Source: Macrostomum lignano (lineage: Eukaryota). Taken from it: DNA of 49,154 nt. A model generated the notes under the pieces. It was not told the DNA's origin. It saw nothing but the letters and a program-made list of their open reading frames with translations, and did no database searches. Both the position numbers and the translations under genes were made by a program. The stretch lies in NCBI GenBank assembly GCA_002269645.1, contig NIVC01004350.1:1-49154 (forward strand), given 5' to 3'. This document shows, piece after piece, positions 9,243-21,285 of the stretch. Each line of letters begins with the position of its first letter. Positions within the stretch are counted from its first letter, which is position 1.

Positions 9243-12200
9243 AAAGCGTGGGTATTTTTAGCAGCTTTTGCATCGGTGGTGAAGAATCAATGTTATTTGC
9301 GATAAAACTTCTTTTCTTAACGCACAGGCGCTACAATCTGCCTGAAGCTAATGAGGTCGGCATCATTCGCGCGACCTCGCGCGATGTTTTGATTGAGCTT
9401 CGCCATCCAGAAGACGGAAACCACAGGCGTTACCATTCAGTCTCAGTGACCCATCGGGCCTACGACGCACTGCAGTACTTGCTGCTTTTGCCGTACGGAC
9501 AAGACGGCTAGCATCCGGAACTGCGAATGACCAATGGCGGAAGGCTGACGCCCAGAAAGTATTACGCTGGCGAAGTTATGGTGCGGCCGGACCGGTTCAA
9601 TCCGCTTCTGTATGGTCGGCGCCTGTTTCAGCAGTATCTCGTGGATATGTGCGCCAAAATTGAGGCAGAGAGATTAACGTACCTGCGCACGCACTAAGAC
9701 GACCTTCGCAGCGAAACGTACAGCGGCCTGCGAGACGCGCTGTTTGCTGAGGACGGATTGCGAAAGGATTCCAACCCCAATGAGGTCGGAAAGCCAGTCA
9801 TTTTGTCGTCAAGCTTTGTTGGCGGGCCTCGCTATATGATGGAGCGACTGCAGGATGCAATGGCCTACGTGCATAAGTTTGGCAAGCCAGACTTGTTCGT
9901 AACAGCCACCTGCAACCCGAAGTGGCAGGAGATTACCGACGAGCTGCTGCCCGGACAGAAGCCAGAGGACAGGCCTGACATTGTCACTAGGGTGCTTGAG
10001 CTGAAAAAGAAGGCTCTGATGGCCCAGCTCAAGACATGCTTTGGAAAGGTGGCTGCACACGTCTGCGCTCTGGAGTGCCAGAAGCGCGGTGAGTCAGTTT
10101 ACAGTACGCGTATATTGCAATAGAAGGATATGAAATTTTCGTTACATTTTTGCAAGTTTTGAGAAATTTGTTCATGCTGTGCTTTCTTAGCTTTAGGATG
10201 AAGTGCTTTTTTCTGAAAGGAATGCTCATGAGTATTTCAAATTATTCCCCAGAGAGATGTATTGTACATAAAACAGACTCACACTAGCAACTTGTACCTG
10301 ACACAGCATTGTATGATTCATTTGTGCAACTCAGGTCTGCCGCATGTGCATGTACTGCTCTGGATGGTCAGCCGGGATAGAGTGACTCCTGACCGATACG
10401 ACGAGATTGTTTCGGCGGAGATTCCGGATCCCCATACTCAACCGGAACTGCATGAACTTGTCAAAACCCATTTGATTCACGAGCCATGTGTTAAGGTGAA
10501 TCCCAATTGTCCCTGCATGGAAAATGGCAAGTGTAGCAAGGAATTTCCAAAGGATTTCCTGCCGGCTACAATGTTCACTGACGCTGGCTACCCGCGGTAC
10601 AGAAGGCGTTCCCCAGAAATGGGCGGATTCGAGGTAGACAAGCCGTTCAGAGGCGCAAGCGTCCGCATGGACAATCGGTATGTGCTCTGTGCAACACATG
10701 AAACTCCTTCCTTAGATTGCACCTGGCATTGATGCTCACTCTTTGACAATTTATATCCCACCAGTTCAACGCTCACTCTGTGGAATTCGGTTGATTTTAT
10801 CTTCTATTTTCTGAATTGTCATTGTGCTTTGCATTCTATTATTTACTATTAACTGTATAATCGTATTTATTGCATTTCGTGTTAAAAATACTTATTGTTC
10901 GTATTAATAATTTATTATTATGAAATTCATTCACAACTGAAATTCATTAATTGAGTTTTCAAAGACATTCACATTTACAATGAACAATGCCGTGATCATT
11001 GACTCAACACAATTTTTCTTTTTTTGATTCAATTTAGGTCTGTCGTGCCTTATAACCCGAGTTTGCTGCTGGAGTTTGCATGTCACAATAATGTGGAGAT
11101 CAGTGCCACAGTCAAGTCCGTCAAGTACATAATTAAGTATTTGCTGAAGAATGGCGACATGGCGACTTTCCGAGTGACACGGGCCAACAATTCGCCACAG
11201 CCAGAGCAGGCGGGAAACGCGGAGACGCCGCAGCCGGCTGATCAGCAGCAGAATCAGCCTGTACCAGTTCGAGACGAAATCTCAGAGTACCTGTCCGCTC
11301 GATACATAGGACCAATGGAAGCTGTTAATATCATTCTGGGATTTGAAGTAAGTCTACAAAGTTTACTTGTATACTCGTAGATTTTTATTTTCACTTTCTC
11401 CCGCTGACTGCTCTTGCATAAGGCTGTTGAGTCTCGATTTTCAATCTGCTGCATATTTTAGAACACCCGGAATGCTGACCAAGTCAGGAAAAAAAGTAAT
11501 GCACGTACGATCGTAGCCTGAGAACTTATCAACTGTAGCACCTAATCCTTCATGAATATAATTTTCTATCATAGTTACCTGACAACAGTACAGTAATTTC
11601 TGTTAATAGCATGTTTGGTGCAGTGCCTGATTTGTGTATTGTTTGCCTTAACTGCATCCAAGCAGCGAAGTTTTCTAACTGCAGTGAGCTACAGTTTTTG
11701 GAATTCCAACATTCCACCAGGTGCACAACAGGTTCCCAGCGGTTATTCGTCTCTGCGTTCACGAGCGAAATAAGCAGCTGGTGTATTTCAACGAAGCCAC
11801 CGCGAGCGTCAGGGCAAGGGCGCCGAGAGATTCGACGCTAACGGCTTTTTTTAACCTGTGCCGAACTGACGAGTTTGCTCGGACTCTAATACACGGAAAT
11901 ACCGTCCTACTTCATCTGCACCAGAGCGCCAGAGAGTGGCGTCGGGCCAAGCGGGGCCAGCAAGTCGAAGGACATCCAGGTGTGTAGCGCAACACCAACA
12001 TTTCACGGATGTATACGGTGTCTCCAAGGGCAGGAGAGCTGTTCTTCGTCCGCCTCCTTCTGCTGCATGTGCGGGGACCGACCAGCTATGAGGCACTGCG
12101 GACTGTCGATGGCGTGCTGCACAACCATGCGAGAGATGCTTGCATGGCTCTCGGCTTGCTGCAGCGAGACGACCACTGGCACAGATGCTTGGTAGAAGCT

Positions 12201-15200
12201 GTGCAGTCGCGGATGCCCAGAGCTGTACGACACCTGCTTGCAGTCATTCTCGAGTGGGGCGAGCCGCAAGATGGAAAGGAGCTGTGGAACAGCTTCGCAG
12301 AGGACCTGTGCGAGGACTTCCGCTATCGCCACCCGGACCTGAGCGTCGAGGAAGTGACAGACATGGCACTGCGCGAAGTGCAGAACATGCTGACATCAAT
12401 GGGCGGACGAAGCTTGGCAGAGTACGGGTTGCCTGCCGCGTCTGCTGCACCCTATGTTGGACCTCTGCAGTTCGACACCGCCGAGCAGGCTGAAATCGCG
12501 GAGATGCGAGTGCCGCAGCTGACCGACGAGCAGCGGGCTGCGTATGAGGCCATCACTGCTGACCTGAGTGCCGGCTCCGGCGGCCTGCACTTCGTGGATG
12601 CCCCTGCAGGAACTGGAAAGACGTTCTTGCTGGAGGTGCTGCTGGCCTTCGTGCGTGGCCAAGGCAACGTTGCCATTGCATTCGCTTCGTCTGGTATTGC
12701 GGCCACACTGCTGCCTGGTGGACAGACTGCCCATTCAGCGTGAGTTTCTTAAGTGAATAGTGCTTTATCTCAGATTTGTGCATTGTTTTGTCTCAAGTTT
12801 CTGGTTAGGTTAGTCCTGCAAATCCAAAGAATGGATGAGCCATTTGGCGATATTGTCTGTTCCTTCGGCAGATTCGGAATTCCGGTTCGCCTGGTTCGGC
12901 AGGATGGAGATGTTTGTTCCATCGGCGCTCAGTCGCGAAAGGCTGCCCTGTTCAGGAACGCGAGTCTCATTGACTGGGATGAGATCTCCATGAGCAACCG
13001 GAAAGACTTGGAGGCTGTCGACCGGACACTGCGAGACGTGCGCAAGCAGAATGTTCCGTTCGGAGGGATTGTTTTCGTGTGTTGCGTAGACTTTCGGCAG
13101 CTGCTTCCGGTCGTTAAAAATGGAACCAGGGCGAACAACGTTGAAGCCTGTGCGAGCAGGTCCAAGCTGTGGAATTCATTCCGACGTCACAGGCTGACAG
13201 GAAACATTCGGCTGCATTATAGCTCTGATACTGCACTGTCGGAGCGGTACTCGCAGCTGCTGATGCAGGTAAATATTTGAAGTGTTTTAACTAGCGTTTA
13301 TATTGGATTTCTTTTACTGTATATTTCGCATTGTATGTTTGTGTTCAACTATGTGATCATCTATTTCTTCAGATCGGTTCAGGTTCTATCCAGGAGGACT
13401 CGGAGGGCAATATTCCTCTTCCGCTTGAGATCCTGCTGCCGGAAGATGCCTCACTAAGAGATCTAATCGAGTTCGTGTATCCCTCTTTCGAAGCTTCTGA
13501 CGCCAGAGACGGTTACTTTGCCAACAGAGCTATCCTGGCGCCTTACAACGAGGCCGTTGATGCCATCAACAATGAGTGCCTGGCCATGTTTCCGGGAAGC
13601 GTGCGGGAGTTTAAGTCCATTGACAGTGTGGCTGATGATGACTCAGCCACGCACTTCCCTCCAGAGCTACTCAATAGGTTGGAGGCACCGAACCTGCCGA
13701 AACACCTGCTCAAGTTCAAGGTGGGCATTCCGGTGGTGCTGCTGCGAAATATTAACCCGCCTCGGCTGTGCAACGGCACGCGGCTGATCGTCATGTCGCT
13801 GGGGGACAACGTGCTGCGCTGCAAGGTGGCGGCTGGCCAGTTCTCTGGCGACGAGATCCTGCTGCCCCGGATTCCGCTGCAGCCGAACAATGCCGATCTG
13901 CCTGTGTGCTTCAAGCGGCTGCAGTTTCCCGTGAGGCCAAGCTTCTGCCTGACTGTTCAAAAAGCTCAGGTAAAATAGCTGATTATTTTTAACAGTTTTT
14001 ACAAGTAAGTTATTTTGGAGGTGACATTTAAGCGAAATTTCAAATCGGATACATTTTACAGTGACAATCGCTGGAGACCGTTGGCATTGAACTCGTGGAA
14101 GGCTGCTTCGCCCACGGACAGCTGTACACAGCACTTTCTCGGGCTAAAGATGCTTCCAATGTTCGCGTTCGGATTTCCGGTTACAAGACGAGGAACATTG
14201 TGTATCCAGAGGTACTGTCTGGAGATTAGACTTATCAGCTAAACGTGAGAGTGAGACTTATCATATATGGTTTTTTGATTTTACCAGCAGGAAATTTTGA
14301 ACTCCAGAAATTGCGTTCATTTTTAAAAAGGTAAAATACAATACTTATATGCTCAAAGCAATTGAGTAACAATTGGTTGTTAAGCTTGATTATATAGTTT
14401 CTCTGCAATATCATTTGCAACCGGGTTTCATGTTTGTTGCTGGTGCGAGTCACTGGTGGTGGTTTACCTTTTTGTTTTGCTATTTGCAGTTGTGAGCGAA
14501 GTTCAAAAGTGCCGTTTCAATCTTAAGCAAATCATTATATTTTCTATCAATAGTACCATGTGTAAGCATTGTAGTATACATGACGTTCTGAGAAATTTCA
14601 AAGAATAGGAAACAGAGAGAGAGAGAGTCAATTACTATGCAATTATAGCAAATGGTGAACAGTAGCGTAGGAAACTAGGGTAGTATAAACAGCAATTGCT
14701 GTAAATTTGACTTTAAGTTGTTAATATATACGATGCACTTACTAGCGTCAGCAAATTGGGTCACTCCGTGTTTCGGATGGATTACTGTTACAACGGCTAA
14801 ACGGCACTTAAGAAGTTAAGCCTGAATGTAGCTTTTCTGACAAGTATGCTGTAGGGGTTCCCACCATTTGCTCCACCTCATGTATTTTATTTTTGGTGGT
14901 AGACTTGTCGGATTTATCACTCACAATTACTGTGATAAGATTACAGCTCAGCCGTTGATGACTTAGAATTCATCAACAAGGTGGACTTGATCTGCTGTGC
15001 TGGAAGAGTCACTGCTGTTGAGTTATTCTTCTGTTGCTTGAATGCACTTTTCTAAGCGCAACGCTACAGTCTACCTGGCTTTAAATATGGGCACACACCC
15101 AAGAAAATTGATCATCCGTCTTTACTACGAGTTTAGGCTAGGGGCCTGGGATGCATAGGAAGGATGCAATAGTCATTAAGTAATGCTAGGTGTCAACGTG

Positions 15201-16678
15201 TTTACTTCGGATTATTCGCACTTTGAATTACAACACAAAATACAATAAACTACAATTTCATTTTCTGCGATGGACTCATAGCTAGGTACAAAGAAGTTTT
15301 GCGCTTAAGACTGAAGCTCAACGACTTCAATTTAACGCCTAAGCCCATTTTTGTTAATTTTTGTTGTGGAGCCCGATTTTTTCTATAGAGATGTTCCCGA
15401 TTTTCCGGAATAGCTGTCTGATATGCTTTGCTTTATATTGCTGTGCATATTATCCATCGGTAATACGATCGAGCAGCTGTTTATAGTATTATTAAGCATT
15501 AATTATTAATATTACCAAAATCTCAAGCTGCAAAATTTCGTGGCCTATGACACTGCATTTGTGACTGTTCTTTTGTCTACATTTTAAATTATGTATGTTT
15601 CATTGGTGACTTTGCCTTGGCAACTCAGCAGCAAGCATAGTCATCTTGAAAACAAATTTTAGAGATTTTGTATAGGGGATAGTTGAATATTCGTGCTGCA
15701 CCTTGTAATCGACACTCTAAATTCGTTTCGTAGCAGTTTTTAATCAACAAAAATTTTATTGAACAAAAATAAAAACAGTATGAAGCAAATTTTCTTCTAC
15801 AAACACCTACCAGTAAGGTTTGACTTGCTTGCTGCTACATCAAGGGAAGGGCCTCCCTCTAGGTAATCAAAAAACCCTGATGAACGGAGCCAATGCAAAT
15901 AGGAAGCAGACAACATACATTTTTTGCTGTCAAGAGATCATAGGATTTGTTAGGCTTACAAATTTCGGAAGAGATTATTGAAGGCATGCTGTTCATTAAC
16001 AGTAATTATTAAAGCCTGTTTCACGTTTCTCAGTAATGGAATTCTAGGTTGTAGGTCAAGGATTAGAATTTAACAGTTATTTCAAAATGAACTTTGAAAT
16101 TTAGTCTTGTGCCACAGCTAATGTCCGAAATTGTCTGCTTCTGAGTCACGACGAGAGGGAATTGAAATAAGTTTCCTGGAAGCTATCAATTCTAAAAGGC
16201 CTGGCTTCCATTTGTCAATAAAATGCAACTAACTGTTCGGACTGAAGGCTTTTTATTACAACACAACAATTCATGTTTTCAAATATACCCGTATCATATA
16301 CACGTGGCAGACAGCTTCTTTGTTAGACGGCTTGAGTCCAAATGCATAGCTACATAGCGTAATTTATTTTGTTCTTCGGCATGTAAGACAGGCCGAATGA
16401 GGCTATCATCGAGTAACGCCTTATTCTTCATTATTTTTGCTAAGCAATTGTTTTAGTGTACATAGGTGCCGATATGTATCAAAAATAAAAAAATTACGTT
16501 TGCTTCAGTGCAAGCGTTTGTTGCTCTTCGATTAGCTACATGAGATTGTTGCTTGCTATAGTGCAAAACTGATTAAATAATTGCTGATGCCGCTGATAAA
16601 CTGCTGAATGTATTACTTAACTGTTTTGGATTTTGGGAACTATTACCTGGAGAGGAAGTTTTTCTAAAAATATTTTAG

Positions 16679-16707
16679 AGCCACCCGGAAGGGGGCTAAA
16701 TGGCTAG
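16679..16707 (+). terminator. Helitron 3' terminus (hairpin plus CTAG)
   Basis: AGCC(A)CCC-GGAA-GGGGGCT stem-loop at 16679-16697, then 6 nt, CTAG, T. Confidence 0.8.
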
Positions 16708-16790
16708 TCCTTATATACTAAAAATGTGATGTTTATATATGTGATAGATTAGAGAAAAAACGGCTTAACCGATTTTCATGAGACTTGCAC
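16708..16790 (+). mobile_element. Helitron-type 5' terminus directly abutting the preceding 3' end, cut off by the LINE
   Basis: TCCTTATATACTAAAAATGTG... starts with TC and resembles 42493 (TCTTATATAATAAAAATGAG). Its AACCGATTTTCATGAGACTTGCAC motif has a 21/24 inverted homologue at 32664-32687. Confidence 0.65.
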
Positions 16791-18950
16791 TGTTCGATCA
16801 GACCTGTTAGTCTCACATCGATCTGCGCCAAGATTATGGAACGCATGGTCCTGGACCGCCTTTTTCATTGGATTGAGACCTTCAACATCCTCAAACCCTG
16901 GCAAGCGGGCTTCCAAAGAGGCCGCAGCTGTGAGGAGCAGGTCGCCCGTCTGGTCCAATCGATCCAAGACGGGTGGGAACGCAAACCTCCCCTCAAGACA
17001 GCGGCTACCGCCCTAGATTGCTCCAAAGCCTTCGACACAGTTTGGCACGACAAGCTCATTAATCGGATGATGGACGAAGACATGCCCGATCGTATGACGC
17101 ATTGGCTAGCCAACTTTCTGGAAGGTAGAACTATCTGTGCCAAAATCGGCAACACCACCGGGAAGTGGCGCCGCATCACCAGTGGAGTTCCTCAGGGAGC
17201 GGTGTGCTCCCCGGTCCTTTTCCTCCTTTACGTCAATGATTGGACTGGCTTCCCTGAAACTGAAGTTCAACTTGGAGGATTCGCTGACGACCTCTGCCTA
17301 TGGGCTACTGACAGTAGCCTTCAGAACCTCACCAGAAAGCTACAGAGCGCCCTGGACTTCATCGAAACCTGGACCAGAGACCTCCGTATCTCGGTTAACC
17401 CAGCCAAAACCCAGGCGTGCCTCTTCTCTAGGAACCGGGCCGACTTTGATCGGCCACCTGATCTCCATCTTGCCGGCACTCAACTTCGCTTCACTGAGTC
17501 TCTCAAATACCTCGGTATTTGGATCGACCGTGGACTCATCTTTGCTCAACAAGTCAAGACGGTCAAAGAAAAGATGGCCAAACGCACCAACATCGTGAGA
17601 GCGCTAGCGCAAAGGAGCTGGGGCTGGGACCGTAAGCTGCTGATGCGTACGTACACCGCCATGGTCGAATCTGTCATATGGCACGCGGCAGCGGCCTGGC
17701 TACCTTGGCTATCCAAAAGCCGGTTGAACGAACTCGAACGGGCTCAACGGGCAGCACTCAGAATCGTGGCCGGCCTCCCTAAATCCACTCCGGAGGAGGC
17801 CGTATACCTCGAACTCGGAACCGTTCCCATTTCCGTTGAAGGACACAGAAGAGCCCTGCTGGCTGTCGAGAAGGCCCTCAGGCGGCCTGCCTACGACCCT
17901 TGGCGCAGCCTCTGCGAAGACCAAAGCCGGCGCAGGCTCAAAGCTAACAAAGGCCTCCGGGACCAAGCCAAGCTGGAATCCGAGCAGATTCTGCATTGCC
18001 CACGCCGGGAATCGAACTGGATCAGGAACGAGCCCTGGCTTCCGAGAATTGAGGATCGGGTCACCCTTTGCGAACACCTGACTCAGCCGATCTCCAGGAA
18101 CGATCCACCAGAGACCAGGCGGTCGGCGACGGAAGACACCATTCAATCATGGGGCGACCGCAAGATCCACTACTTCACCGACGGGTCTGCATCAGAAGGA
18201 ACTGAGAATGGAGGGGCAGCCTGTGTGGCGGTCGCCCCTATCTCGGGCCAGGTGGTTTGGATTGAGGGAGCTGCTACCGGGCGTTGGTGTAGCTCGTTCC
18301 AAGCTGAACTCTCAGCTCTGCACCTCGCCCTGGATCACATCCTTGAGACTAAACAGGACTCTGCCCTGGTCCTCACCGACAGCCGATCGGCCATTGCGGC
18401 GCTCAAAGGTCGGCAACACTCCCTGAACCCTCTGCTCGAGTCGCTCAAGCGCAAGCTGACACAGGTGGAGAGCCACGCCGACGTGGTCCTGCAGTGGATC
18501 CCAGGTCATTCTGGGACTCCCGGTAACGAGAGAGCCGACGTCGAGGCCAAGAACGCCTGTCTGCTCCCCCAGGACATTCTAGAGATCGACATCGAGGCCG
18601 CCCGCAGCCGTGTACGCCGTCTCATCAACTACAAGCCTCTCCTGAATGACCGGCTGAAGCGGATCTACAGCAAGACCCCCTCGATGCCCGCTCGCCCCCG
18701 CGCGCTTCAGGTTTCCATAGCTCAAATGCGAGCCGGTCACGATCCTTCCACGGCGTACTATCAGCACCGAATTGGCTCTAGGGAGGATAGCAGATGCCCC
18801 CGGTGCGACCTCTATGAAGACAAGGACCACTTCCTCGAATGTCCGGCCCTGGCAAGAGCTCGGCACGCGACGGACCTACACCAACTGGAGGACTTGGCCG
18901 ATGGCGATCTGGTGGCTAGGTTCTTGGACTGCCTGCATAGGCAGCCCTAG
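16785..18950 (+). CDS. LINE ORF2 fragment: reverse transcriptase, RNase H and C-terminal zinc knuckle (uninterrupted; N-terminus missing)
   Basis: RPVSLTS, QAGFQRGRSC, LDCSKAFDTV, GVPQGAVCSP, FADD, KYLGI; RNase H YFTDGS, AELSAL, TDSRSA, WIPGHSGTPGNERAD; CPRC-x7-H-x3-C. Confidence 0.93.
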   Translation: MHCSIRPVSLTSICAKIMERMVLDRLFHWIETFNILKPWQAGFQRGRSCEEQVARLVQSIQDGWERKPPLKTAATALDCSKAFDTVWHDKLINRMMDEDMPDRMTHWLANFLEGRTICAKIGNTTGKWRRITSGVPQGAVCSPVLFLLYVNDWTGFPETEVQLGGFADDLCLWATDSSLQNLTRKLQSALDFIETWTRDLRISVNPAKTQACLFSRNRADFDRPPDLHLAGTQLRFTESLKYLGIWIDRGLIFAQQVKTVKEKMAKRTNIVRALAQRSWGWDRKLLMRTYTAMVESVIWHAAAAWLPWLSKSRLNELERAQRAALRIVAGLPKSTPEEAVYLELGTVPISVEGHRRALLAVEKALRRPAYDPWRSLCEDQSRRRLKANKGLRDQAKLESEQILHCPRRESNWIRNEPWLPRIEDRVTLCEHLTQPISRNDPPETRRSATEDTIQSWGDRKIHYFTDGSASEGTENGGAACVAVAPISGQVVWIEGAATGRWCSSFQAELSALHLALDHILETKQDSALVLTDSRSAIAALKGRQHSLNPLLESLKRKLTQVESHADVVLQWIPGHSGTPGNERADVEAKNACLLPQDILEIDIEAARSRVRRLINYKPLLNDRLKRIYSKTPSMPARPRALQVSIAQMRAGHDPSTAYYQHRIGSREDSRCPRCDLYEDKDHFLECPALARARHATDLHQLEDLADGDLVARFLDCLHRQP

Positions 18951-18981
18951 ACCACCTTCCGCAAACAACAACAACAACAAC
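16791..18981 (+). mobile_element. 5'-truncated non-LTR retrotransposon (RNase H-containing, I-group-like LINE) with an (AAC)6 tail
   Basis: RT-RNH-CCHC ORF, 13-nt 3' UTR, AAC x6 at 18964-18981; no endonuclease domain or ORF1; no TSD found. Confidence 0.9.
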
Positions 18982-19072
18982 AGCAGCAGGAGCAGCAGGA
19001 GAAGCAGCAACAGCAGCAGCACAAGCAACGGCCGGACAACTCGGACAAGCACAAGTGACAGCAGCAGCCTGC
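18982..19072. repeat. CAG/CAA-rich low-complexity tract
   Basis: Direct inspection; follows the LINE tail. Confidence 0.7.
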
Positions 19073-19570
19073 TTATGCTTATTTAAGATTTCTTAAATAA
19101 ATCTTATTTGAGAATAAAATATCTTGAAAAGAAAATTTGTTACCCTTGTTTAATATCGTCTTTATTAATTTGCAACGAAAAATCGAATACACGTATTAGC
19201 AAAATGGAATCTGAGAGAATCATGCATACTAAGTTCTGACTGAAATGAAATTGGACCTAATGCAATCATTCGAGTTGATTAAAACAATCGCTGCTACTAT
19301 ACTACTACTAACACGAAGCAGTTATGACACAATAAATTTGTTTTAAATTAAATTAAATTAGTCTATTAAACTGAACAATATCGTCTTTATTAATTTCCAA
19401 CGAATTATCGAATAAAGACAGAACAGTTCAAAGCTATAGTCAAAAGGATAAGAACTAAGATGTTTTTGCAGAAGGCTTCGCCAAGATTGGTAAGATTAAT
19501 AAACAGACAAGAAAATATAGCTTTCACAAAGATCACAGTCATTACCCCTAAATAGAAAATATTCCCAAGA

Positions 19571-19922
19571 CAGCAAGCATCCCCCAGTAGCAAGCATCCC
19601 CTAATACTCCTAGCAAGCATCCACCCAGATAGCAAGCATCTGCAGATAGCAAGCATCTTGCAGATAGCAAGCATCTTGCAGATAGCAAGCATCTTGCAGA
19701 TAGCAAGCATCTTGCAGATAGCAAGCATCTTGCAGATAGCAAGCATCTTGCAGATAGCAAGCATCTTGCAGATAGCAAGCATCTTGCAGATAGCAAGCAT
19801 ACCCCAAATAATGTAGAAGCATCCTTCCAGATAGCAAGCATCCCCCAAATAATGTAGAAGCATCCTTCCAGATAGCAAGCATCCTGCACATAGCAAGAAT
19901 CCCTAAATAGCAAGCATCCCTG
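19571..19922. repeat. 18-nt minisatellite (GATAGCAAGCATCTTGCA), perfect core with degenerate flanks
   Basis: Direct inspection; gives the 6-aa-periodic MLAICK ORFs. Confidence 0.95.
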
Positions 19923-19962
19923 GATAGAAATAATCCTATACATGTAGCCAAGCTTATCAAGC

Positions 19963-21285
19963 GTAGTAATCCTTGGCTATCGAGTGTAGTAATCCTTGGT
20001 TTATTAATAGCAATAATCCTTGGCTTATCGAGTGCAGTAATCCTTGGTTTATTAATAGCAATAATCCATGGCTTATCGAGTGCAGTAATCCTTGGTTTAT
20101 TAATAGCAATAATCCTTGGCTTATCGAGTGCAATAATCCTTGGTTTATTAATAGCAACAATCCATGGCTTATCGAGTGCAGTAATCGTTGGTTCGGGTTG
20201 CATTAATCCTTCGTTTATTAATAGCAATAATCCTTGGCTTATCGAGTGCAGTAATCCTTGGTTTAGTAATAGCAATAATCCATGGCTTATCGAGTGCAGT
20301 AATCCTTGGTTTGCCAAGTGCAGTAATCGATAAGCCATCGAGTGCAGTAATCCTTGGTTCGGGTTGCATTAATCCTTGGTTGATTAATAGCAATAATCCT
20401 TGGCTTATCGAGTGCAGTAATCCTTGGTTTATTAATAGCAATAATCCATGGCTTATCGAGTGCAGTAATCCTTGGTTTGCCAAGTGCAGTAATCCTTGGT
20501 TTATTAATAGCAATAATCCATGGCTTATCGAGTGCAGTAATCCTTGGTTTATTAATAGCAATAATCCTTGGCTTATCGAGTGCAGTAATCCTTGGTTTAT
20601 TAATAGCAATAATCCTTGGCTTATCGAGTGCAGTAATCCTTGGTTTATTAATAGCAATAATCCTTGATTAATCAAGTGCAGTAATCCTTGGTTTGCCAAG
20701 AGCAATAGTCCTTGGTTTATTGAGTGCAGTAATCCTTGGTTTATTAATAGCAATAATCCTTGGCTTATTGAGTGCAGTAATCCTTGGTTTGCCAAGTGCA
20801 GTAATCCTTGGTTTATTAATAGCAATAATCCATGGCTTATCGAGTGCAGTAATCCTTGGTTTATTAATAGCAATAATCCATGGCTTATCGAGTGCAGTAA
20901 TCCTTGGTTTATTAATAGCAATAATCCTTGGCTTATCGAGTGCAGTAATCCTTGGTTTATAATAGCAATAATCTTTGGCTTATCGAGTGCAGTAATCCTT
21001 GGTTTATTAATAGCAATAATCTTTGGCTTATCGAGTGCAGTAATCCTTGGTTTGCCAAGAGCAATAGTCCTTGGTTTATTGAGTGCAGTAATCCTTGGTT
21101 TATTAATAGCAATAATCCTTGGCTTATTGAGTGCAGTAATCCTTGGTTTATTAATAGCAATAATCCTTGATTAATCAAGTGCATTAATCCTTGGTTTATT
21201 AATAGCAATAATCCTTGGCTTTTTGAGTGCAGTAATCCTTGGTTTGCCAAGAGCAATAATCCTTAGCTTATCGAGTGCAGTAATC
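19963..21285. repeat. 24-nt satellite organised mostly as 48-nt dimers
   Basis: Alternating GCAGTAATCCTTGGTTTATTAATA and GCAATAATCCTTGGCTTATCGAGT, with interspersed ...TTTGCCAAGT variants. Confidence 0.95.

Larger units (their letters stand above)
4273..14229 (+). pseudogene. Helitron RepHel pseudogene, 11 exons: 4273-4984, 5167-5671, 5884-5952, 6177-6772, 9328-10088, 10335-10677, 11038-11347, 11721-12739, 12872-13268, 13373-13969, 14062-14229
   Basis: All 10 introns are GT-AG with matching phases; the first join needs a -1 frameshift near 4913. Rep motifs: CQNC..CC zinc finger, RRYNLP, FVTATCNPKW, QKRGLPHVH, KYIIKYLLK. Pif1 motifs: APAGTGKT, WDEISM, DFRQLLPV, LLRNINPPRLCNGTRL, HGQLYTALSR, NIVYPEVL. 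Lesions: frameshifts near 4913 and 5280, 11-bp duplication 6524-6545, stops at 9509, 9695, 11985 and 14062, compensating shifts around 11890-11925. Confidence 0.92.
4273..16707 (+). mobile_element. Helitron (rolling-circle transposon), formerly autonomous, now decayed; 5' terminus not located, so the start given is the RepHel ATG
   Basis: Spliced RepHel pseudogene at 4273-14229, followed 2.5 kb later by a GC hairpin and CTAG|T at 16704-16708. Confidence 0.9.

Noticed and set aside
14960-15030. DLICCAGRV resembling the Rep zinc-finger ICCAAGRV
   Set aside because: No further similarity on either side; probably chance.
19405-21256. Multiple long periodic ORFs (MLAICK, NQGLL, IECSNPWF)
   Set aside because: Satellite translations, open in several frames on both strands.
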